DNA of 46,477 nt from a virus (Duplodnaviria > Heunggongvirae > Uroviricota > Caudoviricetes): the IMG/VR virus record IMGVR_UViG_3300031760_000013, positions 66,458 through 112,934 of that record. One strand, given 5' to 3'. The translations under genes were made by a program, and so were the position numbers. Below the pieces are notes generated by a model. It was not told the DNA's origin and ran no database searches. It saw nothing but the letters and a program-made list of their open reading frames with translations. Numbering within the stretch: position 1 is the stretch's first letter; each line of letters begins with the position of its first letter. This document shows, one piece after another, positions 1 to 9,983 of the stretch.

Positions 1-162
1 GTTGCCCACATGCTTAAAGTCAAGAACGCCAATACTGCACTTTATGACGACGCAATCAAGAAGTATCGTGTTGAACGCCCTGAGTACAACGATGAAGAGG
101 ACGAAGTGATGTTGTACGATATTTTCAAGGGTAGTGACGAAGACGATGACGAGACAGGATAA
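1..162 (+). CDS. 3' end of upstream gene, 5'-truncated (position suggests terminase small subunit or neighbour)
   Basis: Frame 1 open from base 1 to TAA at 160-162 (VAHMLKVKNANTALYDDAIKKYRVERPEY...DDDETG*), overlapping the TerL start. Confidence 0.6.
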   Translation, partial: VAHMLKVKNANTALYDDAIKKYRVERPEYNDEEDEVMLYDIFKGSDEDDDETG

Positions 163-1924
163 GATCGCGGAGGGCGCTGCGTATTGGGCAGCGTTCTATA
201 GAGCTAATCCTTGGCGGTTCGTCAGAGACTATCTGCATGTCGATCTAAAACTATTTCAAAAGATACTATTGACGATGATGATGGTGTCATCGTCATTTGC
301 GTTTATTGCCGCACGTGGCATTGGTAAAACCTTCCTAAGCGCGATATATGCAACAGTTCGCTGTATCCTCTACCCCGGCACGAAAGTCTGCGTTGCATCC
401 GGTGTTCGCAGTCAAGGTGTCGCAGTTATAGATAAAATTCGTCTCGAGCTCATCCCAAATTCAAAAGAGCTCGAAGCCGAAATAGATAGCATCAAAATCA
501 ACGGAACGATATGTGAGGTCGTATTTAAGAATTCAAGCTTTATCAGGGTCGTCACCGCAAGTGACTCAAGCCGAGGCAACCGTGCAAACGTACTGCTGCT
601 TGACGAGTGCAGAATGATCAACCCGAACACGATCGATGTCGTTCTTCGTAAGTTTCTTACACAGCGGCGTATGCCGAGATATTCCGAACTCACAAAAGAG
701 CAACGTGAGCGAGAATATGATAAAGAGAAAAACATAACCATGTATCTCACCTCTGCATATTGGGAGGATTCATGGGTATTTGCCAAGTGCCGCGACATCT
801 TCAAGAACATGCTTGACGATTCACGAAGGCAGTTCGTGTGTGGGTTCCCCTACCAGCTTTCAATCGCAGAAGGCTTGCTTGACAGAGAGCTGATTGAGGA
901 TGAGATGATTGAGAGCAGCTTCAATGAAGTAAAGTTCTCGATGGAGTACTGTGCTGAGTTCTATGGTTCAAGCGACGGGGCGTTCTTCGATTTCGATTCT
1001 ATTTCTAAAAATAGAAAGCTGAAGTACCCGATGTACCCAGACGCTGTATCATCGCAGCTCTCCGGCACATTAACACGAATACCGCAAAAGATAAATGGCG
1101 AAATAAGAATACTATCTGCCGATATCGCATTGATGTCTTCGAAGAAGAACAACAATGACGCTACGGCGATTTTTATTAATCAGATGATGCCGACCAAGGC
1201 AGGAAGGTATACAAGCAACATTGTATACACTGATGCAATGGAAGGTATGCATACTGAAGACCAAGCGCTGATCATCCGCAAACTCTTTGATGAATACCAG
1301 TGTGATTACATTGTGCTTGACTGCCAGGGTGCAGGTATAGGTGTGTATGACGCTTTAGTCAGAGACGTTGTGGACTCTGAATCCGGAGAGATTTATCCTG
1401 CGTTGTCTTGCTGCAATGACAAGACAATGGCAGAGCGTTGTTCTTCTCCGAACGCAGATAAAGTAATTTGGTCTATCAAGGCTAACGCTCAGATGAACTC
1501 TGATTGCGCCGTGCTTCTCCGTGAAGGGTTCAGAAGTGGCAAGATCAGGTTGCTCACATCTGAATATGATGCCGAGGAACTGCTTGGCGAGATCAGAGGC
1601 TATAGCTCTATGAGCCCAGCAGAAAAAGTGAAGTATCAGATGCCGTACATTCATACGACGCTGCTCATCAACGAGTTGGTAAATCTGCGGTATGAAGAGC
1701 TTGGCGGCAAGGTCCGAGTATACGAAAGGTCTGGTATGCGTAAGGACCGATACTCCAGCTTGGCATATAACTATTATGTTGCAACACAGCTTGAATCGCA
1801 GATGAGTAGAAAGAATGCAATCTCATCTGGCGACAATGATGTGTTTATAATAAGACCTCCAAAATATACAGGAAAGGTGGTGGGAACTAGACGTGGCAGT
1901 AAAGAAAACAGCAGATGGTATTAA
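146..1924 (+). CDS. terL: Terminase large subunit
   Basis: Walker A AARGIGKT, Walker B LLLDE, C-terminal RNase H-like SADIAL...DCQG...KDRYSS; lies before portal. ATG 146 preferred to GTG 134. Confidence 0.93.
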   Translation: MTRQDKIAEGAAYWAAFYRANPWRFVRDYLHVDLKLFQKILLTMMMVSSSFAFIAARGIGKTFLSAIYATVRCILYPGTKVCVASGVRSQGVAVIDKIRLELIPNSKELEAEIDSIKINGTICEVVFKNSSFIRVVTASDSSRGNRANVLLLDECRMINPNTIDVVLRKFLTQRRMPRYSELTKEQREREYDKEKNITMYLTSAYWEDSWVFAKCRDIFKNMLDDSRRQFVCGFPYQLSIAEGLLDRELIEDEMIESSFNEVKFSMEYCAEFYGSSDGAFFDFDSISKNRKLKYPMYPDAVSSQLSGTLTRIPQKINGEIRILSADIALMSSKKNNNDATAIFINQMMPTKAGRYTSNIVYTDAMEGMHTEDQALIIRKLFDEYQCDYIVLDCQGAGIGVYDALVRDVVDSESGEIYPALSCCNDKTMAERCSSPNADKVIWSIKANAQMNSDCAVLLREGFRSGKIRLLTSEYDAEELLGEIRGYSSMSPAEKVKYQMPYIHTTLLINELVNLRYEELGGKVRVYERSGMRKDRYSSLAYNYYVATQLESQMSRKNAISSGDNDVFIIRPPKYTGKVVGTRRGSKENSRWY

Positions 1925-3422
1925 TCCGATCAGCGCGGATAAGCTTGGCATGATCGGCATGTCGGAAAAATTTGCCATCATAAATAAATTGATTACCAGA
2001 GATCTGAATGGTCGGGTAAGGAACCCTTACTTTACAAGATACAGTAAGGATGACATCACGAAGTTTCTGGAAGATCCAAACAAGTATGAGAAGGAATTAC
2101 GCGATGCAATCACATACATCTATAGCGCGAGTTCTCATTTCCGCAGATTAATACAGTATTTTGTTTCGCTCTCCGATTTGCGGTATGTGGTGTCTCCGTA
2201 CAAGATTGACCCGAAGAAGGCAAATGTAAGAACGACTGCAATCAACTACAGAAAAGTTCTGAACATCCTCTCGTCTATGAGCATCCCAACACAGTTCCCG
2301 AAAATACTTACGGTGTGCTTGCGGGAAGATACCTTCTACGGGACGATGCGTATATCCGCTGACAGTATTATCATTCAGCAGCTGCCTAGCGATTATTGCA
2401 AGATATCATCGATCGAGAATAACGTGCTGAACGTTACGTTTAACTTCTCGTACTTTGACTCACGGCAGGATCTGCTACCGTTCTTCCCGGAGGAGTTCGC
2501 AAAGAAGTACAACATGTACAGAAATAACAGAACGCTCATGTGGATAGAGCTTGATGCGCCGACTTCCTTTGCGATCAAGTGCACGAGCGATATCTTGGAT
2601 TATGCAGTACCTCCGTTTGTAGGGCTCCTCAGAGAGATATACGACATTGAGGACTACGCACAGCTCAAGCTTGCGAAGACTGCACTTGAAAATTATGCGA
2701 TGGTCGCCATGAAGCTGCCGATGGACGAAGAAGGCAGATGGAAGCTTGACTTTGATAAAGCGAAAGACTTCTGGTCAAATCTGGACAATGTGTTGCCTGA
2801 TGAAATCGGTTCGATCCTTACTCCAATGGATATTGAGAAGGTTAGTTTCGAACGCAGCCATGCAGACGATACGAACACTGTAACGCAGGCAGAACAGGAT
2901 CTCTATACAGCAGCCGGGGTCTCCTCCCTGCTGTTCAATAACGAGAAAGCTTCTGCGAATGCGCTGCTACTCTCAATTAAAGTTGACCAGGCGCTCACCT
3001 TCGGTATTGTGAAGAGTATTGAGGATATGGTCAACAGGTATATCCAGTACCAGAGCTTCGGGAAGAACTTTAAAGTTACGTTCCTCGATGTGTCTCCGTT
3101 TAACCGCAAAGAGGTTGGCGACGCATATCTTAAGGCGGCCACATACGGTCTCCCGACAATTAGCATGTATGCTGCTTCTCAGGGGCTCGGTCAGGCTGAG
3201 CTTGACAGCATGAGCTTCCTCGAGGGCGATGTGCTTGGACTTGTCGAAATGTTTGATCCTTTGCAGAATACGGCGCAGATGTCTTCTGATGATCAGAGTT
3301 CCAGCGGTTCATCTAATGTAGAAGTGGATGAGAATCCAGAAGGAGGAAGGCCTGTGGAAGAGATCGACGAGCTGACTGATTCTGGAGAACAGACACGAGA
3401 GGATTCTTCTGACTGGGGTTAA
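1893..3422 (+). CDS. Portal protein
   Basis: 509 aa directly after TerL and before protease/capsid; acidic C-terminal tail (GGRP..E motif) typical of portals. Confidence 0.8.
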   Translation: MAVKKTADGINPISADKLGMIGMSEKFAIINKLITRDLNGRVRNPYFTRYSKDDITKFLEDPNKYEKELRDAITYIYSASSHFRRLIQYFVSLSDLRYVVSPYKIDPKKANVRTTAINYRKVLNILSSMSIPTQFPKILTVCLREDTFYGTMRISADSIIIQQLPSDYCKISSIENNVLNVTFNFSYFDSRQDLLPFFPEEFAKKYNMYRNNRTLMWIELDAPTSFAIKCTSDILDYAVPPFVGLLREIYDIEDYAQLKLAKTALENYAMVAMKLPMDEEGRWKLDFDKAKDFWSNLDNVLPDEIGSILTPMDIEKVSFERSHADDTNTVTQAEQDLYTAAGVSSLLFNNEKASANALLLSIKVDQALTFGIVKSIEDMVNRYIQYQSFGKNFKVTFLDVSPFNRKEVGDAYLKAATYGLPTISMYAASQGLGQAELDSMSFLEGDVLGLVEMFDPLQNTAQMSSDDQSSSGSSNVEVDENPEGGRPVEEIDELTDSGEQTREDSSDWG

Positions 3423-3425
3423 AAT

Positions 3426-3602
3426 ATGAATAATGCATTTATCTATGTCTTTAGTGTTGATGATAAGAACACCATGATTAGTAATGGATACACTATGCTA
3501 AAGGCAGACGAAGAGAATAATATCTATATTTTTGAAAACAGTGGCGCTAAGTATGAAGAGCTTGGCGTCGCTTTTGTATTATCCAACACTTTGACATTCT
3601 AA
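3426..3602 (+). CDS. Small hypothetical protein (58 aa)
   Basis: MNNAFIYVFSVDDKNTMISNGYTMLKADEENNIYIFENSG...; starts 4 nt after the portal stop; below the ORF-track cutoff. Confidence 0.7.
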   Translation: MNNAFIYVFSVDDKNTMISNGYTMLKADEENNIYIFENSGAKYEELGVAFVLSNTLTF

Positions 3603-3620
3603 TAAAAGGCAAGCAAGAAA

Positions 3621-3648
3621 AAAAGCAAGCAAATTAATGCTTGCTTTT
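3621..3648. terminator. Intrinsic terminator-like hairpin, possibly bidirectional
   Basis: Perfect 11-bp stem AAAAGCAAGCA/TGCTTGCTTTT, loop AATTAA, A-tract upstream. Confidence 0.65.
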
Positions 3649-3769
3649 ATACCGGTGGACAAAGTACCGATCAACTAAGTATGACACAAATGTTATGGAT
3701 TGTGTCATTAAGTGAATCAACAATTGAACCAAATAACATAACCGAATGTAAAAGTGAAGAGTTAATACG

Positions 3770-4054
3770 TTTAATAAAAAGATAGCCGCTCAGACTGTAA
3801 CAATCTTACTTCATGATGAAGATTTTAAACTTCACAGTTTTCTTACTGTAATTAGTCTTAACTACCTTGAGATGTTTTGTATAAGTAGTTTTCACCATAA
3901 TATCACCCCGCTAATCGAGACACACCCGACATAAAGAGTGGGTGCGGCGCACAAGCGCTGCACGGCAACGCCGTTCAAGCTAAAAAGAGCGGATGCTGGC
4001 AAGTCGACAATGTGGGAAATAAATATAGTTAAGCGGCTATCTCTTTTTATTAAA
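3770..4054. repeat. Segment bounded by a 21/23-bp inverted repeat, with an internal GC-rich multi-hairpin
   Basis: TTTAATAAAAAGATAGCCGCT (3770-3790) vs AGCGGCTATCTCTTTTTATTAAA (4032-4054): complementary except a 2-nt indel. Confidence 0.75.
3806..3898 (-). CDS. Putative 30-aa basic peptide
   Basis: MVKTTYTKHLKVVKTNYSKKTVKFKIFIMK*; GGGGTGA RBS-like sequence a few nt upstream of ATG. Confidence 0.3.
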   Translation of the reverse strand: MVKTTYTKHLKVVKTNYSKKTVKFKIFIMK

Positions 4055-4116
4055 GCATAAATCTAAAAGAATGTAAAGGGTAATCAACAAATAACAATTA
4101 CCAGGAGGTGGTTATC

Positions 4117-5676
4117 GTGAACCATTTGATGAAGCTTCGTTTTGATGATGCTTCTATTACAGACCTCGAGGATATCAACCCGTCGTTTGCTAGCGGGAAT
4201 CTGAAGGTTATGTACACAGGAGAGAATCCGAACGGGACAAATTTCTCAAAGGAAGTTATTGAGGCCGCTCTCCCTACCATTCGTAACGTACCGATTGTCG
4301 CACATTATGATGCGGAAGAGAATGAGATTGGTTCCCATGATATGGAAGTGGTCGCAGATAAGGAAGGGAATCTCCGTCTGCGCAATCTGACTGAACCGTG
4401 TGGTGTCGTTCCAGAGAGTGCTGAGGCAACTTTCACTACTGAGAATGATAGCAACGGAGTGGCGCACGAGTATCTCAACATCTCCCCTGTTATTTTGTGG
4501 AAACGCCAAGAGGTTTACCGCCATATTGTGAACGACCTTGATGGTAGGGTCGACCACTCTATGGAAGTTAATATCACCGCATATCATAAAGAAAAAGATT
4601 CCAGCGTCGTTACTGTTGACGCGTTTGAATTTCAGGCTCTCTGCCTTCTGGAAAGCGCCAAGCCGTGCTTTGCAGGCAGCGAGCTTGAACTATATTCGGT
4701 CGACTCTTTTAAAGAGAAGATGGCAGAGATGATGGCGGAACTCAAAGAGACATACTCTTTGGGAGATATTCAGGTCAATGCTCATGAAGATGAGATTGAT
4801 ATAAATGTTGACTCTGTTACGAAAGGAGGAAGAGTTTTGGACGAAAAACTTAGTCTGATTGAAGAGTATGCTATCGACAAAGACACACTCGATTTTTCGC
4901 TCGACGATTTCTCTCTTGAAGAGCTGCGTGAAAAGTTTGAAGCAATGAAGGAGGAGCAGGCCGAGGCGGAGCGTGTTGCGAAGTTTGAGCTGTCTTCCAA
5001 TATGCGTAAGGCGCTTTGCGATGCTCTTCAGGAAAAGACAGTGCAGAAATACTGGGGTGAGTACCAGCTGTACTGGCTTGAAGATTTCGATATGGATGCT
5101 GGCATGGTATACGCATGCAATTGCGACAACTACAACATCTACGGCTTCTCTTATTCCATGAATGGCGATGCCGCTGTTATTGACTTTGAGTCTGGCAAGC
5201 GGATGAAACGCGCATTCGTTGAATACGATGAAGGTGCAGATGACGATGTTATCACTGTTATGTTTGCTGATATCGAGAAGCACTATACCGAAAATGAGAC
5301 GCAGCTTACTGAAAAATATAATGCTGTTTCCGAAGAGCTCTCTCAGCTCAAAGAGGCTACGGCTGATATTGATGAACTGCGTAAATTCAAAGCCGATGCT
5401 GAAGTTGCCGAACTGAATGCAAAACGCGAAGCTGTGTTTGCTAAGTTTGAAGATCTTTCTGGTGTTGAGGCATTTGAGAATCTCCGCCTGAATTGTGCGG
5501 ATTATGAGTTGGATGCTCTCGAAGAGAAGTGCTACGCGATCCGGGGCAGAAACGGATTCGTTGCAAAGTTCTCCGCTGAGGAGAAACCGACCAAGATTGT
5601 CGTGGATACGACTAAAGTGAATGACGACCCGTATGGCGGGATCGTCCAGAAGTACGGCGCTGCCGCACGTGATTAA
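4117..5676 (+). CDS. Prohead protease / scaffold fusion
   Basis: Between portal and capsid genes; N-terminal protease-like part (HSMEV motif) and acidic coiled C-terminus; AGGAGGT RBS favours GTG 4117 over 4108. Confidence 0.7.
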   Translation: MNHLMKLRFDDASITDLEDINPSFASGNLKVMYTGENPNGTNFSKEVIEAALPTIRNVPIVAHYDAEENEIGSHDMEVVADKEGNLRLRNLTEPCGVVPESAEATFTTENDSNGVAHEYLNISPVILWKRQEVYRHIVNDLDGRVDHSMEVNITAYHKEKDSSVVTVDAFEFQALCLLESAKPCFAGSELELYSVDSFKEKMAEMMAELKETYSLGDIQVNAHEDEIDINVDSVTKGGRVLDEKLSLIEEYAIDKDTLDFSLDDFSLEELREKFEAMKEEQAEAERVAKFELSSNMRKALCDALQEKTVQKYWGEYQLYWLEDFDMDAGMVYACNCDNYNIYGFSYSMNGDAAVIDFESGKRMKRAFVEYDEGADDDVITVMFADIEKHYTENETQLTEKYNAVSEELSQLKEATADIDELRKFKADAEVAELNAKREAVFAKFEDLSGVEAFENLRLNCADYELDALEEKCYAIRGRNGFVAKFSAEEKPTKIVVDTTKVNDDPYGGIVQKYGAAARD

Positions 5677-5696
5677 TTAATAGGAGGATAAATACT

Positions 5697-6218
5697 ATGG
5701 CAAATTATGCTGTTGTCCGTACGGATAAACTTATGGGCACGGATGTCCGCTCCATGCTTGAAACTGTGAAGTACATGGGCGCTGGTTCTACCGCAACCGC
5801 TATTGAAAACGGTAATGTTGTTAAAGTTGACGGCACTCTGCTTGCCGACTCCGATGGTGTTACCATTCGTGAAATTAAGAAGGGTGTTACCCCTGCTGCT
5901 ACTTCCAAGCTTGATGAGATCGTTCTGATCGCGACTCCGGAAGTTATGTATGATGAGCGCAAGAAAGGCCTTGATGAGTTCAGAAATGAAGCCGGTAAAC
6001 TGGCTCGTGGCTATCACCTGCACTCCGGCGACATTTTCTCTGTGACCGCCGAGGCTCTTGTAAACGCAAGCCCCGCTGTTAACCAGATCATTGAGCTCGC
6101 CGCTGGCACTAAGTTGAACAACGTTGCAACTGCAACCTCTGGTTCTACCGTTATTGGTAAGATTATCGCTATTGACGTTGTCGGTCGTTACACTTACTAC
6201 GTCATCCAGGTAGCATAA
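5697..6218 (+). CDS. Head decoration / capsid-associated protein
   Basis: 173 aa, Ala/Gly/Thr-rich beta-type sequence immediately upstream of MCP, highly biased codon usage, GGAGG RBS. Confidence 0.6.
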   Translation: MANYAVVRTDKLMGTDVRSMLETVKYMGAGSTATAIENGNVVKVDGTLLADSDGVTIREIKKGVTPAATSKLDEIVLIATPEVMYDERKKGLDEFRNEAGKLARGYHLHSGDIFSVTAEALVNASPAVNQIIELAAGTKLNNVATATSGSTVIGKIIAIDVVGRYTYYVIQVA

Positions 6219-6250
6219 TCACTGGACAATTAAATAAGGAGGATACTATC

Positions 6251-7264
6251 ATGGCTGATATGAAAGATATTGTAAAGCTTGCTATTGATAATTATCACGG
6301 CAGAGTACAGAAATACTCCGCTAGCGAAGCTAACGAAACACTTCGCCAGGCTCTGATCGAAGCCAACAACGGCTCTACCAAGCTTGACTATAAAGCAATC
6401 CGTGACGGCAAGTGCCCGAATCTGTTTGCTCTGATTGAGGAAGTTCTGTCCGCAACTGTAGTTGAGGGTCTGACTCAGAACGACTTCTTCAACAATTTTG
6501 TTGAGTATCACAACGTTGCTCTCGGCGACGCTCCTGTGTTTGTGACCGAAGACAGCAATCTGTATGTTGTTGCAGAAGCTGCTGATGGCACTCAGGGCAT
6601 CCGTCGTCAGCGTCTCGCTGGTGAGTCCGAGTTTACCATTCCGACAACCTTCAAGGCTGTCCGTATTTATGAAGAGCTCAACCGTGTCCTGTCTGGTCGC
6701 GTAGACTTCAACACCATGATCGGCAAGGTTGCTGAGTCCTTTGAGAAGAAGATCCTTGACGATATCTATGCTCTGTGGAGCAATGTTGCTGCTGCCGACC
6801 TCGGCGGTGCAACCTATGTTGTTACTTCCGGTAGCTATTCCGAGAGCGACCTGCTCGACCTTGTAGCACATGTTGAAGCTGCTGCTGGCGGCAAGACTGC
6901 TACTCTCGTTGGCACCAAGAAAGCTCTCCGTACGATCGCTCCTTCTGTTCAGGGTATTGACTCTCAGAACGATCTGTACCATCTGGGCTATTACGGCAGT
7001 TTCTATGGCTCTCCCGTCATGGCACTCCCCAACCGCCACAAAGTCGGCACGACCACTTTCGTTCTTCCTGACGATGTGATCACTGTTGTGGCTGGCGACA
7101 TGAAGCCGATCAAGTTCGTTTACGAAGGCGATCCTCTCATGATCATGGGCGATCCTCTGCAGAACGCCGATCTTACCCAGGAATATTTCTTTGGTGAGAA
7201 ATATGGTCTCGGTATCGTCCTCGACGGTGGTAAGAACACCGGCGTTGGCCGTTACGAGTTCTAA
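6251..7264 (+). CDS. Major capsid protein (HK97 fold)
   Basis: 337 aa, position in head module, strong RBS, biased codons, followed by a GC hairpin at about 7294-7316. Confidence 0.8.
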   Translation: MADMKDIVKLAIDNYHGRVQKYSASEANETLRQALIEANNGSTKLDYKAIRDGKCPNLFALIEEVLSATVVEGLTQNDFFNNFVEYHNVALGDAPVFVTEDSNLYVVAEAADGTQGIRRQRLAGESEFTIPTTFKAVRIYEELNRVLSGRVDFNTMIGKVAESFEKKILDDIYALWSNVAAADLGGATYVVTSGSYSESDLLDLVAHVEAAAGGKTATLVGTKKALRTIAPSVQGIDSQNDLYHLGYYGSFYGSPVMALPNRHKVGTTTFVLPDDVITVVAGDMKPIKFVYEGDPLMIMGDPLQNADLTQEYFFGEKYGLGIVLDGGKNTGVGRYEF

Positions 7265-7344
7265 TAGGCTATCAACCTAATTAAATTGTTTACAGCGGGG
7301 CTTAATCCGCCCCGCTCATCTTATGGGATTAAAGGAGAATAGAT

Positions 7345-7905
7345 ATGGCAACTACTACGAAATCTACTTCAACAAAATCTAGAGCTACTCAGAAGCAGAA
7401 GGCAGCAGAAGCACCTGTTGTGACTGAGCCCCAAGAGGAGAAGAAGCTTACCCCTATTGAGATTGATCTGCATCAGTACATTACAGTACGTAATGGCTCT
7501 CGCGGCCGCCTAGTGTATATCAGCCCTAGGACTGGAGAACGTTTTGTATGGGAAGAGTTTGGCGATTCACAGGAAATGGAACTTCAGGAACTTCGAAATG
7601 CGAAGGCTGCTAATAAGAAGTTTTTTGAAAGAAACTGGTTTATGTTCGATGACGAATTCGACTGGGTGATTGATTACCTTGGTGTTCGTGCATTCTACAA
7701 GAACTCTATCGGAATTGATAACTTTGATGAAATCTTTTCGATGAAGCCAGCTGACCTTGGGAAGATGCTAGACGGAATGTCTGAAGGGCAGAAGCGGTCC
7801 GTATCCTATAGGGCAAGGCAGCTGCTCGCAGAAGGGGAAATTGACTCGATGAAAGTAGTCGAGACTCTTGAAAAGAGCCTTGGCATAGATCTTGTTGAGA
7901 AATAA
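7345..7905 (+). CDS. Hypothetical head-module protein
   Basis: 186-aa ORF with AAGGAG RBS between MCP and connector genes. Confidence 0.6.
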   Translation: MATTTKSTSTKSRATQKQKAAEAPVVTEPQEEKKLTPIEIDLHQYITVRNGSRGRLVYISPRTGERFVWEEFGDSQEMELQELRNAKAANKKFFERNWFMFDDEFDWVIDYLGVRAFYKNSIGIDNFDEIFSMKPADLGKMLDGMSEGQKRSVSYRARQLLAEGEIDSMKVVETLEKSLGIDLVEK

Positions 7906-7916
7906 GGAGGCGGTTT

Positions 7917-8366
7917 ATGAGCCTCTCATATGACGTTTTTACTGAAGCATTCATTGCTAAAGTGACCGAGTATGATTTCATTCGGCTCAGCGAAGATGAC
8001 CGTCAGATAATTATAGATGGATATTTGAAGCGTGCGCTTACTGCATTTAAGAAGAACTGCCTGTATGATTTGTTCACAACGGCAGATGACGATAAGCGCG
8101 AATTCAATGTTGACATATCTGGCGATGATCTCGATGAGATAGTAGATATAGTGTCCGAAGGGATGCTTATCCAATGGATGAAACCATTGGTCTACAGGCA
8201 GGAGAACCTGGAGAATCTTCTGAATACAAAAGACTTCACGGTGTACTCCCCTGCTGAATTGCTGCTTCGTATTGGTAACGCTTATACGAAGGTGCAGAAA
8301 GATTATCTGCAGCTGATTCGTGAATATAGCTATAATCATGGTGCGCTGACAGAGCTGCACATATGA
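7917..8366 (+). CDS. Putative head-tail adaptor/connector
   Basis: 149 aa, helical, position after capsid genes, GGAGG RBS. Confidence 0.5.
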   Translation: MSLSYDVFTEAFIAKVTEYDFIRLSEDDRQIIIDGYLKRALTAFKKNCLYDLFTTADDDKREFNVDISGDDLDEIVDIVSEGMLIQWMKPLVYRQENLENLLNTKDFTVYSPAELLLRIGNAYTKVQKDYLQLIREYSYNHGALTELHI

Positions 8367-8707
8367 TTGTAGAGACTATGTCCGGTATATCGATCGACGG
8401 GAGTCTGGTGCGCAATTACTTCGAAAATCTTGTCGGGTTGTACTTTAAGATTCTGCCGTTATATGAAGAGGGCGAGGAGTCGCTCAGAATATATATGGAA
8501 GAGCTTAGAGACGAACTTGAGGCGAGCAGCCATATAATTAAATGCGTCGGTAGTGATTCAATGTTCATGTCGCTTATCGTTATTCTGCAGTGCTTGATCG
8601 ACAGGGTTGAAGATCCATATTTCACCAAGCGGGAAGTAAAGCGTAAAGTATTCAACGCTATTAGTATCTGCCATAAGCTCGCCGATAGATATGGCGGGGA
8701 GGGTTGA
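8363..8707 (+). CDS. Hypothetical protein (head-tail joining region)
   Basis: 114-aa ORF overlapping both neighbours by 4 nt. Confidence 0.55.
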   Translation: MIVETMSGISIDGSLVRNYFENLVGLYFKILPLYEEGEESLRIYMEELRDELEASSHIIKCVGSDSMFMSLIVILQCLIDRVEDPYFTKREVKRKVFNAISICHKLADRYGGEG

Positions 8708-9483
8708 ATATGAGCGTATGGGACTCTTATGAAGCTTTAGCAGAAGTTCGTGGCCTGACGCGTAGGGATACGAGACTACAGCGTGAGAAGCGTTATCTTA
8801 CCACGAAGCTTCCAGATAATCTGTCATATTTTACTGTGACTATCGATGGCGTTAGCCAAGAAGTCGCAATCGTCAACTCAGATAACTTAGACCAGAAATA
8901 TATATATTCCATGCCTGGAGAAGATATCAAGCATGGTGGGATGGTTTACTGGATGGATTGTTACTGGCTTGTTGACGAAAAAGATGCAAACAGAGAAATA
9001 TATACCAGAGCGAAATTGCTTCAGTGTAACTATCTGCTTAAGTGGGTAGATCCTGATGGCATTATTCGCGAGCAGTGGTGCAATGTCGAGGACGGCACTA
9101 AATATCTCACCGGCGAGTTTGAAGACAGGAACTTTATTGTGTCTCGCGGCGACTCTCGTATCGCGATCACAATCCAGAGAAACGAATTCACTAAAAGACT
9201 TAACCGTACTAGTCGGTTCCTTGTTGATGAAGCTGGGAACGGCGACATGATGGCATTCACGAACTCTAAACCTCTGAAGGTAGGTCGATCTTTTTACGGG
9301 AACGACCCTGGTGTGTATAAATTTGTTATGCAGGAAGTGAATTCTTCTGAGGATGATAATTTTGAACTTGGGATAGCTGATTACTATAAGTATTTTCCGC
9401 ACGAAGATGAACCCGCTGTTGTCCCGCACGTAACGCCTAGCGTTGAGACGAATGAGACTACAGGAAAGAAGGTGTGGTTATAA
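8704..9483 (+). CDS. Putative head closure/stopper protein
   Basis: 259 aa, beta-rich, position in the head-tail joining block. Confidence 0.5.
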   Translation: MNMSVWDSYEALAEVRGLTRRDTRLQREKRYLTTKLPDNLSYFTVTIDGVSQEVAIVNSDNLDQKYIYSMPGEDIKHGGMVYWMDCYWLVDEKDANREIYTRAKLLQCNYLLKWVDPDGIIREQWCNVEDGTKYLTGEFEDRNFIVSRGDSRIAITIQRNEFTKRLNRTSRFLVDEAGNGDMMAFTNSKPLKVGRSFYGNDPGVYKFVMQEVNSSEDDNFELGIADYYKYFPHEDEPAVVPHVTPSVETNETTGKKVWL

Positions 9484-9983
9484 TGCAGCTACAGGAGTTC
9501 TATGATTACAAGAACCAACTGATGAAGGATCTCCTTACAAATGAGAAAATTGTAAAGTTAATTGATGAAGACATCGCCTTCGAAGATGCTTATAAATTGG
9601 CGTACACGAAGGTGTTTCCATATGAGTATATACCGGAAACAGTTCAACACGGAGCTACGTATATCTGCTTTGATGTTGATGTGCAGCGTACAAGCAACAA
9701 GACATTCTACTCTCCTACAATCTACATTTGGGCATTTACGCACAGATCGTTGATGCGGCTTAAAGAAGGTGGCGTGCGCATTGATAGGCTTTGTGCCGAA
9801 ATTGCGGACACTATTAATGGCAGCCGTGAGTATGGTCTTGGAGAGCTTGATCTCTATTCAGTCAAACGGTTTGCGCCGATGACTGACTATCAAGGGAAAG
9901 CAATGACGTTCTATGCTGAAGACTTTAACAGGCTATCCCCTACTGGTAAACCGATTCCGGCAAACAGAAAGAGGGAATTTTGA
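9483..9983 (+). CDS. Putative tail terminator/completion protein
   Basis: TAATG stop-start coupling with the previous gene; size and position before major tail protein. Confidence 0.5.
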   Translation: MQLQEFYDYKNQLMKDLLTNEKIVKLIDEDIAFEDAYKLAYTKVFPYEYIPETVQHGATYICFDVDVQRTSNKTFYSPTIYIWAFTHRSLMRLKEGGVRIDRLCAEIADTINGSREYGLGELDLYSVKRFAPMTDYQGKAMTFYAEDFNRLSPTGKPIPANRKREF

